Positions 30,327-39,226 of a stretch of 64,000 bases of DNA are shown here, in pieces. Position numbers and translations under genes: made by a program. The stretch lies in the sequence record NC_028780.1. One strand, written 5' to 3'. Position 1 is the first letter of the stretch; each line of letters starts with the position of its first letter. Origin of the DNA: Escherichia phage slur07. Below the pieces are notes generated by a model, which saw only the letters and a list, made by a program, of their open reading frames with translations, was not told the origin of the DNA and ran no database searches.

Positions 30327-31529
30327 ATGAAAGTATGTATTTTTATGGCTCGAGGTCTTGAAGGTTGTGGTGTAACTAAATTTTCTCTTGAGCAACGTGA
30401 TTGGTTTATTAAGAATGGTCATGAAGTAACTTTGGTTTATGCTAAAGATAAATCATTTACTCGTAATTGCGCGCATGATTATAAATCATTTTCAATTCCG
30501 GTTTTATTGGCAAAAGAATATGATAAAACACTTAAGCTGGTAAATGATTGTGATATTCTAATTATCAATTCAGTTCCTGCTACTTCGGTTGAAGAAGACA
30601 CTATTAATAACTATAAAAAAATTATTGATAACATTAAACCTTCTGTTCGTGTTGTAGTTTATCAACATGACCATTCTTCTCTTTCTTTGCGCCGAAATTT
30701 GGGATTAGAAGAAACTGTTCGTCGAGCTGATGTTATTTTTAGCCATTCTGATAATGGTGATTTTAATAAAGTTCTGATGAAAGAATGGTATCCTGAAACA
30801 GTTTCTCTGTTTGATGATATTGAAGAAGCACCGACAGTATATAACTTTCAGCCTCCTATGGATATTGCGAAGGTTCGGTCAACCTACTGGAAAGATGTTT
30901 CTGAAATTAACATGAATATCAACCGTTGGATTGGTCGTACGACTACATGGAAAGGTTTTTATCAGATGTTTGATTTTCATGAAAAACATCTTAAACCTGC
31001 AGGACTAAGTACTATTATGGAAGGTCTGGAACGTTCTCCAGCGTTCATTCCTATTAAAGAAAAAGGAATTCCATACGAGTATTATCGTCTTCATCAAGTA
31101 GACCAAATTAAAATTGCTCCTAATTTGCCAACGCAAATTCTTGACCGTTATGTAAATAGCGAAATGCTTGAACGTATGAGTAAATCCGGTTTTGGTTATC
31201 AGTTGAGTAAGTTGGATAAAAAATATCTACAACGTTCTTTAGAATATACTCATCTCGAGCTTGGTGCATGTGGAACAATTCCGGTATTTTGGAAATCTAC
31301 TGGCGAAAATTTAAAATTCCGTGTTGATAATACTCCTTTGACCTCGCATGATAGCGGTATCATTTGGTTTGATGAAAATGACATGGAATCAACATTTGAA
31401 CGTATTAAAGAACTGTCATCTGACCGAACTCTTTATGACCGCGAACGCGAAAAAGCTTATGAATTTTTGTATCAGCATCAAGATTCAAGCTTCTGCTTTA
31501 AAGAACAGTTTGACATTATTACAAAATAA
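30327..31529 (+). CDS. a-gt: DNA alpha-glucosyltransferase
   Basis: 400 aa; size and order (between 55 and 47) match T4 alpha-gt. Confidence 0.85.
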   Translation: MKVCIFMARGLEGCGVTKFSLEQRDWFIKNGHEVTLVYAKDKSFTRNCAHDYKSFSIPVLLAKEYDKTLKLVNDCDILIINSVPATSVEEDTINNYKKIIDNIKPSVRVVVYQHDHSSLSLRRNLGLEETVRRADVIFSHSDNGDFNKVLMKEWYPETVSLFDDIEEAPTVYNFQPPMDIAKVRSTYWKDVSEINMNINRWIGRTTTWKGFYQMFDFHEKHLKPAGLSTIMEGLERSPAFIPIKEKGIPYEYYRLHQVDQIKIAPNLPTQILDRYVNSEMLERMSKSGFGYQLSKLDKKYLQRSLEYTHLELGACGTIPVFWKSTGENLKFRVDNTPLTSHDSGIIWFDENDMESTFERIKELSSDRTLYDREREKAYEFLYQHQDSSFCFKEQFDIITK

Positions 31530-31570
31530 AGGGCTTCGGCCCTTTAGCTTTATACGGAGTTTGATATAAT
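31529..31570 (+). promoter_or_regulatory. UUCG hairpin plus MotA-box-like middle promoter
   Basis: AGGGC-TTCG-GCCCT 31529-31544; AGCTTTA 31546-31552; 12-nt spacer; TATAAT 31565-31570. Confidence 0.45.
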
Positions 31571-31709
31571 GATATTTCTTGGATATGTGATACTTTTTCT
31601 TGCATTTTATCTATTCACTAGAGCATGTTGGATTGGGTTCTTTAGCACGCCAGATGGGTTTATTTCAATAATTTTATTTTGCATTTCAATGACGGTTCTT
31701 GATATATGA
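31569..31709 (+). CDS. small membrane protein
   Basis: 46 codons, hydrophobic; ATGA overlap with gene 47. Confidence 0.35.
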   Translation: MIFLGYVILFLAFYLFTRACWIGFFSTPDGFISIILFCISMTVLDI

Positions 31710-32725
31710 AAATTTTAAATTTAGGTGATTGGCATTTAGGCGTTAAAGCCGATGATGAGTGGGTTCAATCCATTCAGTTGGATGGAATTAAACAAGCAAT
31801 AGAATATTCTAAGAAAAATGGAATTACTACATGGATTCAATACGGCGATATTTTTGATGTGCGAAAAGCAATCACGCATAAAACTATGGAGTTCGCTCGT
31901 GAAATAGTTCAAATGCTTGATGATGCTGGTATTACCCTACATACTGTTGTAGGAAACCATGATATGCACTTTAAAAATACTTTAACTCCAAATGCCTCTA
32001 CTGAGCTTTTGGCTAAATATCCTAATGTTAAAGTATATGATAAGCCTACTACAGTAGATTTTGACGGATGTTTAATTGATTTAATTCCTTGGATGTGTGA
32101 AGAAAATACTGGTGAAATTCTTGAGCACATCAAAACTTCATCTGCTTCTTTTTGTGTTGGTCACTGGGAACTGAATGGATTTTATTTTTATAAAGGAATG
32201 AAATCTCACGGTCTTGAACCTGATTTCCTTAAGACTTATAAAGAAGTGTGGTCTGGTCACTTCCATACTATCTCTGAGGCTGCTAACGTCAGATATATTG
32301 GGACACCATGGACACTAACTGCAGGTGACGAGAATGACCCTCGCGGGTTCTGGATGTTTGATACAGAAACAGAACGAATGGAATTTATTCCAAACAATAC
32401 TACCTGGCATCGTAGAATTCATTATCCATTTAAAGGAAAAATTGACTATAAAGATTTTACAAATCTATCAGTACGTGTTATAGTAACTGAAGTAGACAAA
32501 AATCTAACGAAGTTCGAATCTGAACTAGAAAAAGTTGTGCATTCATTACGAGTTGTGTCAAAAATTGATAACTCTGTCGAGTCAGATGAAAGTGAAGAAG
32601 TTGAAGTTCAATCTCTTCAGACGTTGATGGAAGAATACATTAATGCAATTCCAGACATCACTGATTCTGACCGTGAAGCACTTATTCAATATGCGAATCA
32701 GCTATATGTAGAGGCAACACAATGA
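31706..32725 (+). CDS. 47: recombination nuclease subunit (Mre11-like)
   Basis: 339 aa; phosphoesterase motifs DWHLG, GDIFD, GNHD, GHWE. Confidence 0.9.
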   Translation: MKILNLGDWHLGVKADDEWVQSIQLDGIKQAIEYSKKNGITTWIQYGDIFDVRKAITHKTMEFAREIVQMLDDAGITLHTVVGNHDMHFKNTLTPNASTELLAKYPNVKVYDKPTTVDFDGCLIDLIPWMCEENTGEILEHIKTSSASFCVGHWELNGFYFYKGMKSHGLEPDFLKTYKEVWSGHFHTISEAANVRYIGTPWTLTAGDENDPRGFWMFDTETERMEFIPNNTTWHRRIHYPFKGKIDYKDFTNLSVRVIVTEVDKNLTKFESELEKVVHSLRVVSKIDNSVESDESEEVEVQSLQTLMEEYINAIPDITDSDREALIQYANQLYVEATQ

Positions 32726-32985
32726 CTTTTGATGAATTTAAAAATGTTATGATGAGTCAGCATTTTGAATGCGAAGTAAAAGATGATATTGGGCATAAAG
32801 AAATTATTGAATATTGGTTTGAACCGTTAGAGGTTGAAGATAATTGTATTAAAAAGGTTACAGTCTGCACTGACTGGGCTGTATCTTTTAACTTCAACAT
32901 TTTAGATAATGACACACCTAAATCATTACAAGATATGGCTGTATCTTGTATTAAGGATGCATACTGTGAAGTTTTCGACATTTGA
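32722..32985 (+). CDS. hypothetical small protein
   Basis: 87-aa ORF. Confidence 0.45.
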   Translation: MTFDEFKNVMMSQHFECEVKDDIGHKEIIEYWFEPLEVEDNCIKKVTVCTDWAVSFNFNILDNDTPKSLQDMAVSCIKDAYCEVFDI

Positions 32986-33172
32986 CATTAATGATGAATT
33001 CATAGCAAACATTGATTATACCGAAGAAGATTCTAGATATGTTGGAATAATTTACATTACATCAAAAACAGCACAAGGCGTTGTTTGCATGGCTGAATTT
33101 GACGAATACTTTTTAGATTATGATGATATGATAGAATGGTCTAAAAGATACATTAAAAGGAATCTTTTGTGA
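32966..33172 (+). CDS. hypothetical small protein
   Basis: GTG start after AAGGA. Confidence 0.4.
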   Translation: MKFSTFDINDEFIANIDYTEEDSRYVGIIYITSKTAQGVVCMAEFDEYFLDYDDMIEWSKRYIKRNLL

Positions 33173-34857
33173 AGAATTTTAAACTAAATCGAGTTAGGTA
33201 TCAAAATATAATGTCAGTAGGTGGAAATCCTATTGACATTCAATTAGATAAGGTTCAAAAAACTCTTATTACTGGACGAAATGGCGGTGGTAAGTCTACT
33301 ATGCTAGAAGCCATCACATTTGGGCTTTTTGGCAAGCCATTTCGTGATGTAAAGAAAGGTCAATTAATAAACAGCACAAATAAGAAAGAACTTTTAGTTG
33401 AACTGTGGATGGAATATGATGAGAAAAAGTACTATATCAAAAGAGGACAAAAACCGAACGTTTTCGAAATCACCGTTAACGGTACACGTCTTAATGAATC
33501 TGCCAGCAGTAAAGATTTCCAAGCAGAATTTGAACAGCTTATCGGAATGTCATATGCCAGTTTCAAGCAGATTGTTGTCCTTGGTACAGCAGGGTATACC
33601 CCTTTCATGGGTTTGTCGACCCCTGCACGAAGAAAGCTTGTGGAAGACCTGCTTGAGGTAGGAACATTAGCTGAAATGGATAAGCTTAATAAAGCACTAA
33701 TACGTGAATTAAATTCACAAAACCAAGTGCTTGATGTTAAAAAAGATAGTATTATCCAACAAATTAAAATATATAATGATAACGTTGAACGCCAGAAAAA
33801 ATTAACGGGTGACAACCTTACTCGTCTGCAAAATATGTACGATGATTTGGCAAAAGAAGCTAGAACGCTAAAATCGGAAATAGAAGAAGCTAATGAAAGA
33901 TTAGTTAATATTGTTTTGGATGAAGACCCGACTGATGCATTTAATAAAATCGGTCAAGAAGCAGTTTTAATTAAATCAAAAATTGACTCATATAATAAAG
34001 TCATTAATATGTATCACGAAGGTGGATTATGTCCAACCTGTTTGTCGCAATTAAGTTCCGGTGATAAAGTTGTTTCTAAAATTAAAGATAAAGTTTCTGA
34101 ATGCACGCATTCGTTTGAACAGCTTTCAACACATCGTGATAATTTAAAAGTTCTTGTTGATGAATACCGAGATAATATTAAAACCCAACAGTCGTTGGCA
34201 AATGATATTCGCAATAAAAAGCAATCTCTAATCACGACGGTAGATAAAGCTAAAAAAGTTAAAGCGGCTATAGAAAAAGCATCTTCTGAGTTTATTGACC
34301 ATGCTGATGAAATAGCACTGCTTCAAGAAGAACTTGATAAAATTGTTAAGACAAAAACTAATTTAGTAATGGAAAAATACCACCGAGGAATTTTGACTGA
34401 TATGCTCAAAGATTCTGGTATTAAAGGTGCTATTATTAAAAAGTACATTCCATTATTTAATAAGCAGATTAACCATTATCTTAAAATAATGGAAGCGGAT
34501 TATGTGTTTACATTAGATGAAGAATTTAATGAGACAATTAAATCCCGTGGTCGTGAAGATTTTAGTTATGCTTCATTCAGTCAAGGTGAAAAAGCACGAA
34601 TTGATATTGCTCTTTTATTTACTTGGCGTGATATTGCTGAAAAAGTTTCAGGTGTTAAAATAAGTTGTTTATTTCTTGATGAAGTGTATGACGGTGCATT
34701 TGATGCTGAAGGTATTAAAAATGTAGCTAAAATTTTAGATGGTTTGAAGGATACCAACTTCTTCATAATTTCGCATAAAGACCATGACCCACAAGAATAT
34801 GGTCAGCATATTCAGATGGAAAAAGTTGGTAGATTTAGTTTAGCTAAGATTAGCTAA
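33169..34857 (+). CDS. 46: recombination ATPase subunit (Rad50/SbcC-like)
   Basis: 562 aa, GTG start; Walker A GRNGGGKST, central coiled coil with CPTC zinc hook, signature SQGE, Walker B LFLDE. Confidence 0.92.
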   Translation: MKNFKLNRVRYQNIMSVGGNPIDIQLDKVQKTLITGRNGGGKSTMLEAITFGLFGKPFRDVKKGQLINSTNKKELLVELWMEYDEKKYYIKRGQKPNVFEITVNGTRLNESASSKDFQAEFEQLIGMSYASFKQIVVLGTAGYTPFMGLSTPARRKLVEDLLEVGTLAEMDKLNKALIRELNSQNQVLDVKKDSIIQQIKIYNDNVERQKKLTGDNLTRLQNMYDDLAKEARTLKSEIEEANERLVNIVLDEDPTDAFNKIGQEAVLIKSKIDSYNKVINMYHEGGLCPTCLSQLSSGDKVVSKIKDKVSECTHSFEQLSTHRDNLKVLVDEYRDNIKTQQSLANDIRNKKQSLITTVDKAKKVKAAIEKASSEFIDHADEIALLQEELDKIVKTKTNLVMEKYHRGILTDMLKDSGIKGAIIKKYIPLFNKQINHYLKIMEADYVFTLDEEFNETIKSRGREDFSYASFSQGEKARIDIALLFTWRDIAEKVSGVKISCLFLDEVYDGAFDAEGIKNVAKILDGLKDTNFFIISHKDHDPQEYGQHIQMEKVGRFSLAKIS

Positions 34858-35566
34858 GTTTATATTTACAGTTATCATTATGCCACCTTGATAAATTTCC
34901 GAAAGTGGTAACTTTACCGCAATGGACGCAAGTACCAGTCTTTTCAGTTTTCTTGCGTCCATTTGGATTTTTCTTGCAGAAATTTCTATGCGCTGCGATA
35001 ACGCATTTCTTGCCTATCATTCCGCAGAATTCGCAGGATGTTTCTTCAAGAACGATTGCTTTAAGCCCGTTTGAGATATTATTTCTGTGTTCTTTAGACA
35101 TTGGTGGTCTAACTTTAGGATTGGGGTGATTTGGGCAGTTATCAAAATGCCAACGATTCATATTCCCGCTTAATCCAGACTTACCGCAATGAGGACAAGT
35201 TAGTCTTGCTTTATTAGCTACTGCATCAGACATTTTCTTTCGTGTCTCCTGGGAGAATTCTTTATTCTTTTCTATTTCCCAGAGTTTACGACGAATCCAA
35301 CCGAAAGTTTTATTGTTGCGTTTAGCGTATTTTGTGGAAACTGTCATCATGTTAGCAGCATAGACTAATTTTGGTTCAGAAGGATAAATTTTTACTAAAA
35401 GTTGATGAGCTACATAGTGCTCTTCTGGTGTTAAATCTACTAAGTTTGAGGCATCATCGCTGCCATTTAAACAGCGTGGTATAATGTGATGAGATTCAGT
35501 ATAGCAATCAAGTTTTCGAGATTTAGCATTAGAGATTAACTTTTCATAAATTAGTTTATAATTCAT
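34850..35566 (-). CDS. free-standing HNH homing endonuclease with three C-terminal zinc-finger repeats
   Basis: HNH motif ESHHIIPR...NLVDLTPEEHYVAH; repeats CPHCG..WHFDNC, CEFCG..HRNFC, CVHCG..WHNDNC; AAGGA RBS. Confidence 0.8.
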   Translation of the reverse strand: MNYKLIYEKLISNAKSRKLDCYTESHHIIPRCLNGSDDASNLVDLTPEEHYVAHQLLVKIYPSEPKLVYAANMMTVSTKYAKRNNKTFGWIRRKLWEIEKNKEFSQETRKKMSDAVANKARLTCPHCGKSGLSGNMNRWHFDNCPNHPNPKVRPPMSKEHRNNISNGLKAIVLEETSCEFCGMIGKKCVIAAHRNFCKKNPNGRKKTEKTGTCVHCGKVTTFGNLSRWHNDNCKYKLS

Positions 35567-35599
35567 AACATATCCTTTTGATACAGCGAGTGATAAACA

Positions 35600-35607
35600 T
35601 ATTTATA
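35600..35607 (-). promoter_or_regulatory. late promoter box TATAAATA on minus strand
   Basis: forward TATTTATA is the reverse complement; about 33 nt upstream of minus-strand ATG at 35566. Confidence 0.5.
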
Positions 35608-35617
35608 CGGAGGAACT

Positions 35618-35809
35618 GTGGCAGAATATTCAACTGGACAGCATCTATTAACTATTCCTGAAATAAAACGATATATTCTGAGAAATAATTTTTCTAATGA
35701 AGAGCATATAGTTACTGAATCTATGCTTAGGAATGCATTTAAATCAGAATATACAAAAATAATGTCCAATAGAAATGAAGCTTGGACTGTTACTGATTAT
35801 TATGACTAA
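35618..35809 (+). CDS. hypothetical small protein
   Basis: 63 aa, GTG start after GGAGG. Confidence 0.45.
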   Translation: MAEYSTGQHLLTIPEIKRYILRNNFSNEEHIVTESMLRNAFKSEYTKIMSNRNEAWTVTDYYD

Positions 35810-35818
35810 AGGTGTATT

Positions 35819-36208
35819 ATGACTAAAATTACTGTGAATTATACTGTTGACGTAAAAGATATTCAGCCAAAACACGTGCGTTCTGAATCAAATCCACAAA
35901 ACCAAAATAAAATTCGTCGAGCATGGGTTTTGTCTCTTTCTGATAACGCAATGGAAGTTATTCAGAACAAAATTAAATCTGCACCTGCTCGTCATGCGTA
36001 TTATGAAGCTATCGATCGTGAAGTAAGTAATAAATGGATTGAACTAATGCGCAAACATACTACAGAATCCCTAAACGCCGGTGCTAAATTTATTATGACT
36101 TCATGTGGTGAACGCCTTGAAGATGATTATTGTGGTAATGCAGATGAACGTCTAATTGTTGCTGCTCAAATTGTTGCGGAAACAATTGCGGCTGATTTTA
36201 ATCGTTAA
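35819..36208 (+). CDS. rpbA: RNA polymerase-binding protein RpbA
   Basis: 129 aa; size and position upstream of gene 45 as in T4. Confidence 0.75.
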
Positions 36209-36263
36209 TTGCTTTATTAAATTAGTTATAAAATTAAATCTCATTTGAATTGAAGGAAATTAC

Positions 36264-36950
36264 ATGAAACTGTCTAAAGATACTACTGCTCTGCTTAAAA
36301 ATTTCGCTACTATTAACTCCGGTATTATGCTTAAATCCGGTCAATTTATTATGACTCGCGCAGTTAATGGTACAACTTATGCGGAAGCAAATATTTCTGA
36401 CGTTATTGATTTTGATGTAGCAATTTACGATTTGAACGGTTTTCTCGGTATTCTGTCTCTAGTTAATGATGATGCAGAAATTTCCCAGTCAGAAGATGGA
36501 AATATTAAAATTGCTGATGCTCGTTCAACAATTTTTTGGCCAGCAGCCGATCCGAGTACAGTAGTTGCTCCTAATAAACCAATTCCATTCCCGGTAGCAT
36601 CTGTTGTTACTGAAATTAAAGCTGAAGACCTTCAACAACTGTTGCGTGTATCTCGTGGTCTGCAAATTGATACAATTGCTATCACGGTAAAAGAAGGTAA
36701 AATCGTAATTAACGGTTTTAATAAAGTAGAAGATTCTGCTCTGACCCGTGTTAAATATTCTTTGACTCTTGGTGATTATGATGGTGAAAATACATTTAAT
36801 TTCATTATCAATATGGCAAATATGAAAATGCAACCAGGAAATTATAAACTTCTGCTCTGGGCAAAAGGTAAACAAGGTGCTGCTAAATTTGAAGGTGAAC
36901 ATGCGAATTATGTAGTAGCTCTTGAAGCTGATTCCACCCACGATTTTTAA
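36264..36950 (+). CDS. 45: sliding clamp
   Basis: 228 aa; matches T4 gp45 size and position. Confidence 0.95.
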   Translation: MKLSKDTTALLKNFATINSGIMLKSGQFIMTRAVNGTTYAEANISDVIDFDVAIYDLNGFLGILSLVNDDAEISQSEDGNIKIADARSTIFWPAADPSTVVAPNKPIPFPVASVVTEIKAEDLQQLLRVSRGLQIDTIAITVKEGKIVINGFNKVEDSALTRVKYSLTLGDYDGENTFNFIINMANMKMQPGNYKLLLWAKGKQGAAKFEGEHANYVVALEADSTHDF

Positions 36951-36954
36951 TAGA

Positions 36955-36966
36955 GGGCTTCGGCCC
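36955..36966 (+). terminator. UUCG hairpin GGGC-TTCG-GCCC
   Basis: immediately after gene 45 stop. Confidence 0.45.
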
Positions 36967-37001
36967 TTTATAATTTACACTAAAACTTGAATGAGGAAAT
37001 T

Positions 37002-37961
37002 ATGATTACCGTAAATGAAAAAGAACACATTCTTGAACAGAAATATCGTCCATCTACTATCGATGAATGTATTCTTCCCGCCTTTGATAAAGAAACCTTT
37101 AAATCTATTACAAGTAAAGGTAAGATTCCACATATTATTCTTCATTCTCCTTCTCCAGGAACAGGTAAAACAACTGTAGCAAAAGCATTGTGTCATGATG
37201 TAAATGCTGATATGATGTTTGTGAATGGGTCAGATTGTAAAATTGATTTCGTTCGTGGTCCTTTAACTAATTTTGCCAGCGCCGCTTCATTTGATGGTCG
37301 TCAAAAAGTAATCGTTATTGATGAATTTGACCGCTCAGGTTTAGCAGAATCTCAGCGACATCTTCGTTCCTTTATGGAAGCTTACAGCTCAAACTGTAGT
37401 ATTATTATTACTGCTAACAATATTGATGGTATTATTAAACCGCTTCAGTCACGCTGCCGAGTTATCACATTCGGTCAACCGACCGATGAAGATAAAATTG
37501 AAATGATGAAGCAGATGATTCGTCGGTTGACCGAAATCTGTAAACATGAAGGTATTGCTATAGCTGATATGAAAGTTGTAGCAGCTTTGGTTAAAAAGAA
37601 TTTTCCTGATTTTCGTAAAACTATTGGCGAGCTCGATAGTTATTCATCTAAAGGTGTTTTGGATGCTGGTATTTTATCACTGGTTACTAACGATCGTGGT
37701 GCTATTGATGATGTTCTTGAGTCTCTCAAAAATAAAAATGTTAAACAACTCAGAGCTTTAGCACCAAAATATGCAGCCGATTATTCGTGGTTCGTGGGTA
37801 AACTTGCCGAAGAAATCTATTCACGTGTAACTCCACAAAGTATTATTCGTATGTACGAAATTGTCGGCGAAAATAATCAGTATCATGGTATTGCAGCTAA
37901 TACTGAATTGCATTTAGCTTATCTTTTCATTCAATTAGCATGCGAAATGCAGTGGAAGTGA
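37002..37961 (+). CDS. 44: clamp-loader large subunit (AAA+)
   Basis: 319 aa starting [17 protein letters not shown]; Walker A SPGTGKTT. Confidence 0.95.
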   Translation: MITVNEKEHILEQKYRPSTIDECILPAFDKETFKSITSKGKIPHIILHSPSPGTGKTTVAKALCHDVNADMMFVNGSDCKIDFVRGPLTNFASAASFDGRQKVIVIDEFDRSGLAESQRHLRSFMEAYSSNCSIIITANNIDGIIKPLQSRCRVITFGQPTDEDKIEMMKQMIRRLTEICKHEGIAIADMKVVAALVKKNFPDFRKTIGELDSYSSKGVLDAGILSLVTNDRGAIDDVLESLKNKNVKQLRALAPKYAADYSWFVGKLAEEIYSRVTPQSIIRMYEIVGENNQYHGIAANTELHLAYLFIQLACEMQWK

Positions 37962-37962
37962 T

Positions 37963-38526
37963 ATGAGCTTATTTGAAGATGATATTCAATTAAACGAGCA
38001 TCAAATTGCTTGGTATTCAAAAGATTGGACAGCTGTCCAATCCGCTGCTGATTCTTTTAAAGAAAAAGCTGAAAATGAATTTTTTGAAATAATTGGAGCT
38101 ATCAATAATAAAACTAAATGCTCAATTGCTCAAAAAGATTATTCAAAATTCATGGTCGAAAATGCATTATCACAATTTCCAGAGTGCATGCCAGCTGTAT
38201 ATGCTATGAATTTAATTGGATCAGGCTTAAGTGATGAAGCTCATTTTAATTATCTAATGGCTGCAGTTCCTCGTGGTAAAAGATATGGTAAATGGGCAAA
38301 ACTGGTTGAAGATTCCACCGAAGTATTGATTATTAAGTTACTTGCTAAGCGGTATCAAGTTAATACAAATGATGCAATTAACTATAAATCAATTCTTACT
38401 AAAAATGGAAAACTACCTTTAGTATTAAAAGAACTTAAAGGATTAGTCACGGATGATTTTTTGAAAGAAGTGACTAAGAACGTAAAAGAACAGAAACAAC
38501 TCAAAAAACTAGCATTGGAATGGTAA
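37963..38526 (+). CDS. 62: clamp-loader small subunit
   Basis: 187 aa, position between 44 and regA. Confidence 0.9.
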   Translation: MSLFEDDIQLNEHQIAWYSKDWTAVQSAADSFKEKAENEFFEIIGAINNKTKCSIAQKDYSKFMVENALSQFPECMPAVYAMNLIGSGLSDEAHFNYLMAAVPRGKRYGKWAKLVEDSTEVLIIKLLAKRYQVNTNDAINYKSILTKNGKLPLVLKELKGLVTDDFLKEVTKNVKEQKQLKKLALEW

Positions 38527-38527
38527 A

Positions 38528-38896
38528 ATGATTGAAATTACTCTTAAAAAACCTGAAGATTTTCTGAAAGTAAAAGAAACTTTGACTCGTATGGGAATTG
38601 CTAATAATAAAGATAAAGTTCTGTATCAGTCCTGTCATATTCTTCAGAAAAAAGGACTATACTATATCGTTCATTTTAAAGAAATGCTTCGTATGGATGG
38701 CCGTCAAGTTGAAATGACAGAAGAAGATGAAGTTCGTCGTGATTCGATTGCATGGCTATTAGAAGATTGGGGACTGATTGAAATCGTTCCTGGTCAAAGA
38801 ACTTTTATGAAAGATTTAACTAATAACTTCCGAGTTATTTCTTTTAAACAAAAACATGAATGGAAACTCGTTCCTAAATATACGATTGGTAATTAA
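38528..38896 (+). CDS. regA: translational repressor RegA
   Basis: 122 aa; size and position match T4 RegA. Confidence 0.9.
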   Translation: MIEITLKKPEDFLKVKETLTRMGIANNKDKVLYQSCHILQKKGLYYIVHFKEMLRMDGRQVEMTEEDEVRRDSIAWLLEDWGLIEIVPGQRTFMKDLTNNFRVISFKQKHEWKLVPKYTIGN

Positions 38897-38906
38897 GGTA
38901 AATTAT

Positions 38907-39143
38907 ATGACACAATCAGAGATTCAGTTTACCGAAGCTTTTCTAATATTCGAAAATCTAAAACAAACATATGGTCTGTCTTCTACCCAACTGGTTTTTG
39001 ACCTCCCGGAAGATAAACAAATAGAATTCCAAAAAGAATTCCAACGATTAGTTTACCCACGCCAACGCGCATTTCATGCGATTATCAAAACCACAAATAC
39101 AGATGGCAAGTCCGTTATATCGCGTCGTACAATAGAAATTTAA
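38907..39143 (+). CDS. hypothetical small protein
   Basis: 78 aa from ATG 38907. Confidence 0.45.
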   Translation: MTQSEIQFTEAFLIFENLKQTYGLSSTQLVFDLPEDKQIEFQKEFQRLVYPRQRAFHAIIKTTNTDGKSVISRRTIEI

Positions 39144-39149
39144 AGCAAA

Positions 39150-39163
39150 GGGGCTTCGGCCCC
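39150..39163 (+). terminator. UUCG hairpin GGGGC-TTCG-GCCCC
   Basis: same motif as 672-685. Confidence 0.45.
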
Positions 39164-39187
39164 TTATTTGGAGTATAATATATCAAG

Positions 39188-39226
39188 AGCCTAATAACTC
39201 GGGCTATAAACTAAGGAATATCTATG
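39188..39226 (+). promoter_or_regulatory. gp43 translational operator hairpin with SD and start codon
   Basis: AGCCT-AATAACTC-GGGCT 39188-39205 (5-bp stem, 8-nt loop) followed by AAGGAA and ATG 39224. Confidence 0.7.

Noticed and set aside
33432-33815. 127-aa minus-strand ORF and overlapping plus-strand ORF 33398-33661
   Set aside because: Both embedded in gene 46 in alternative frames.
34905-35129. 74-aa plus-strand ORF
   Set aside because: Lies inside the HNH endonuclease gene on the opposite strand; the HNH frame has motif support, this one does not.
36525-36941. 138-aa minus-strand ORF
   Set aside because: Antisense to the sliding clamp gene 45; composition artefact.
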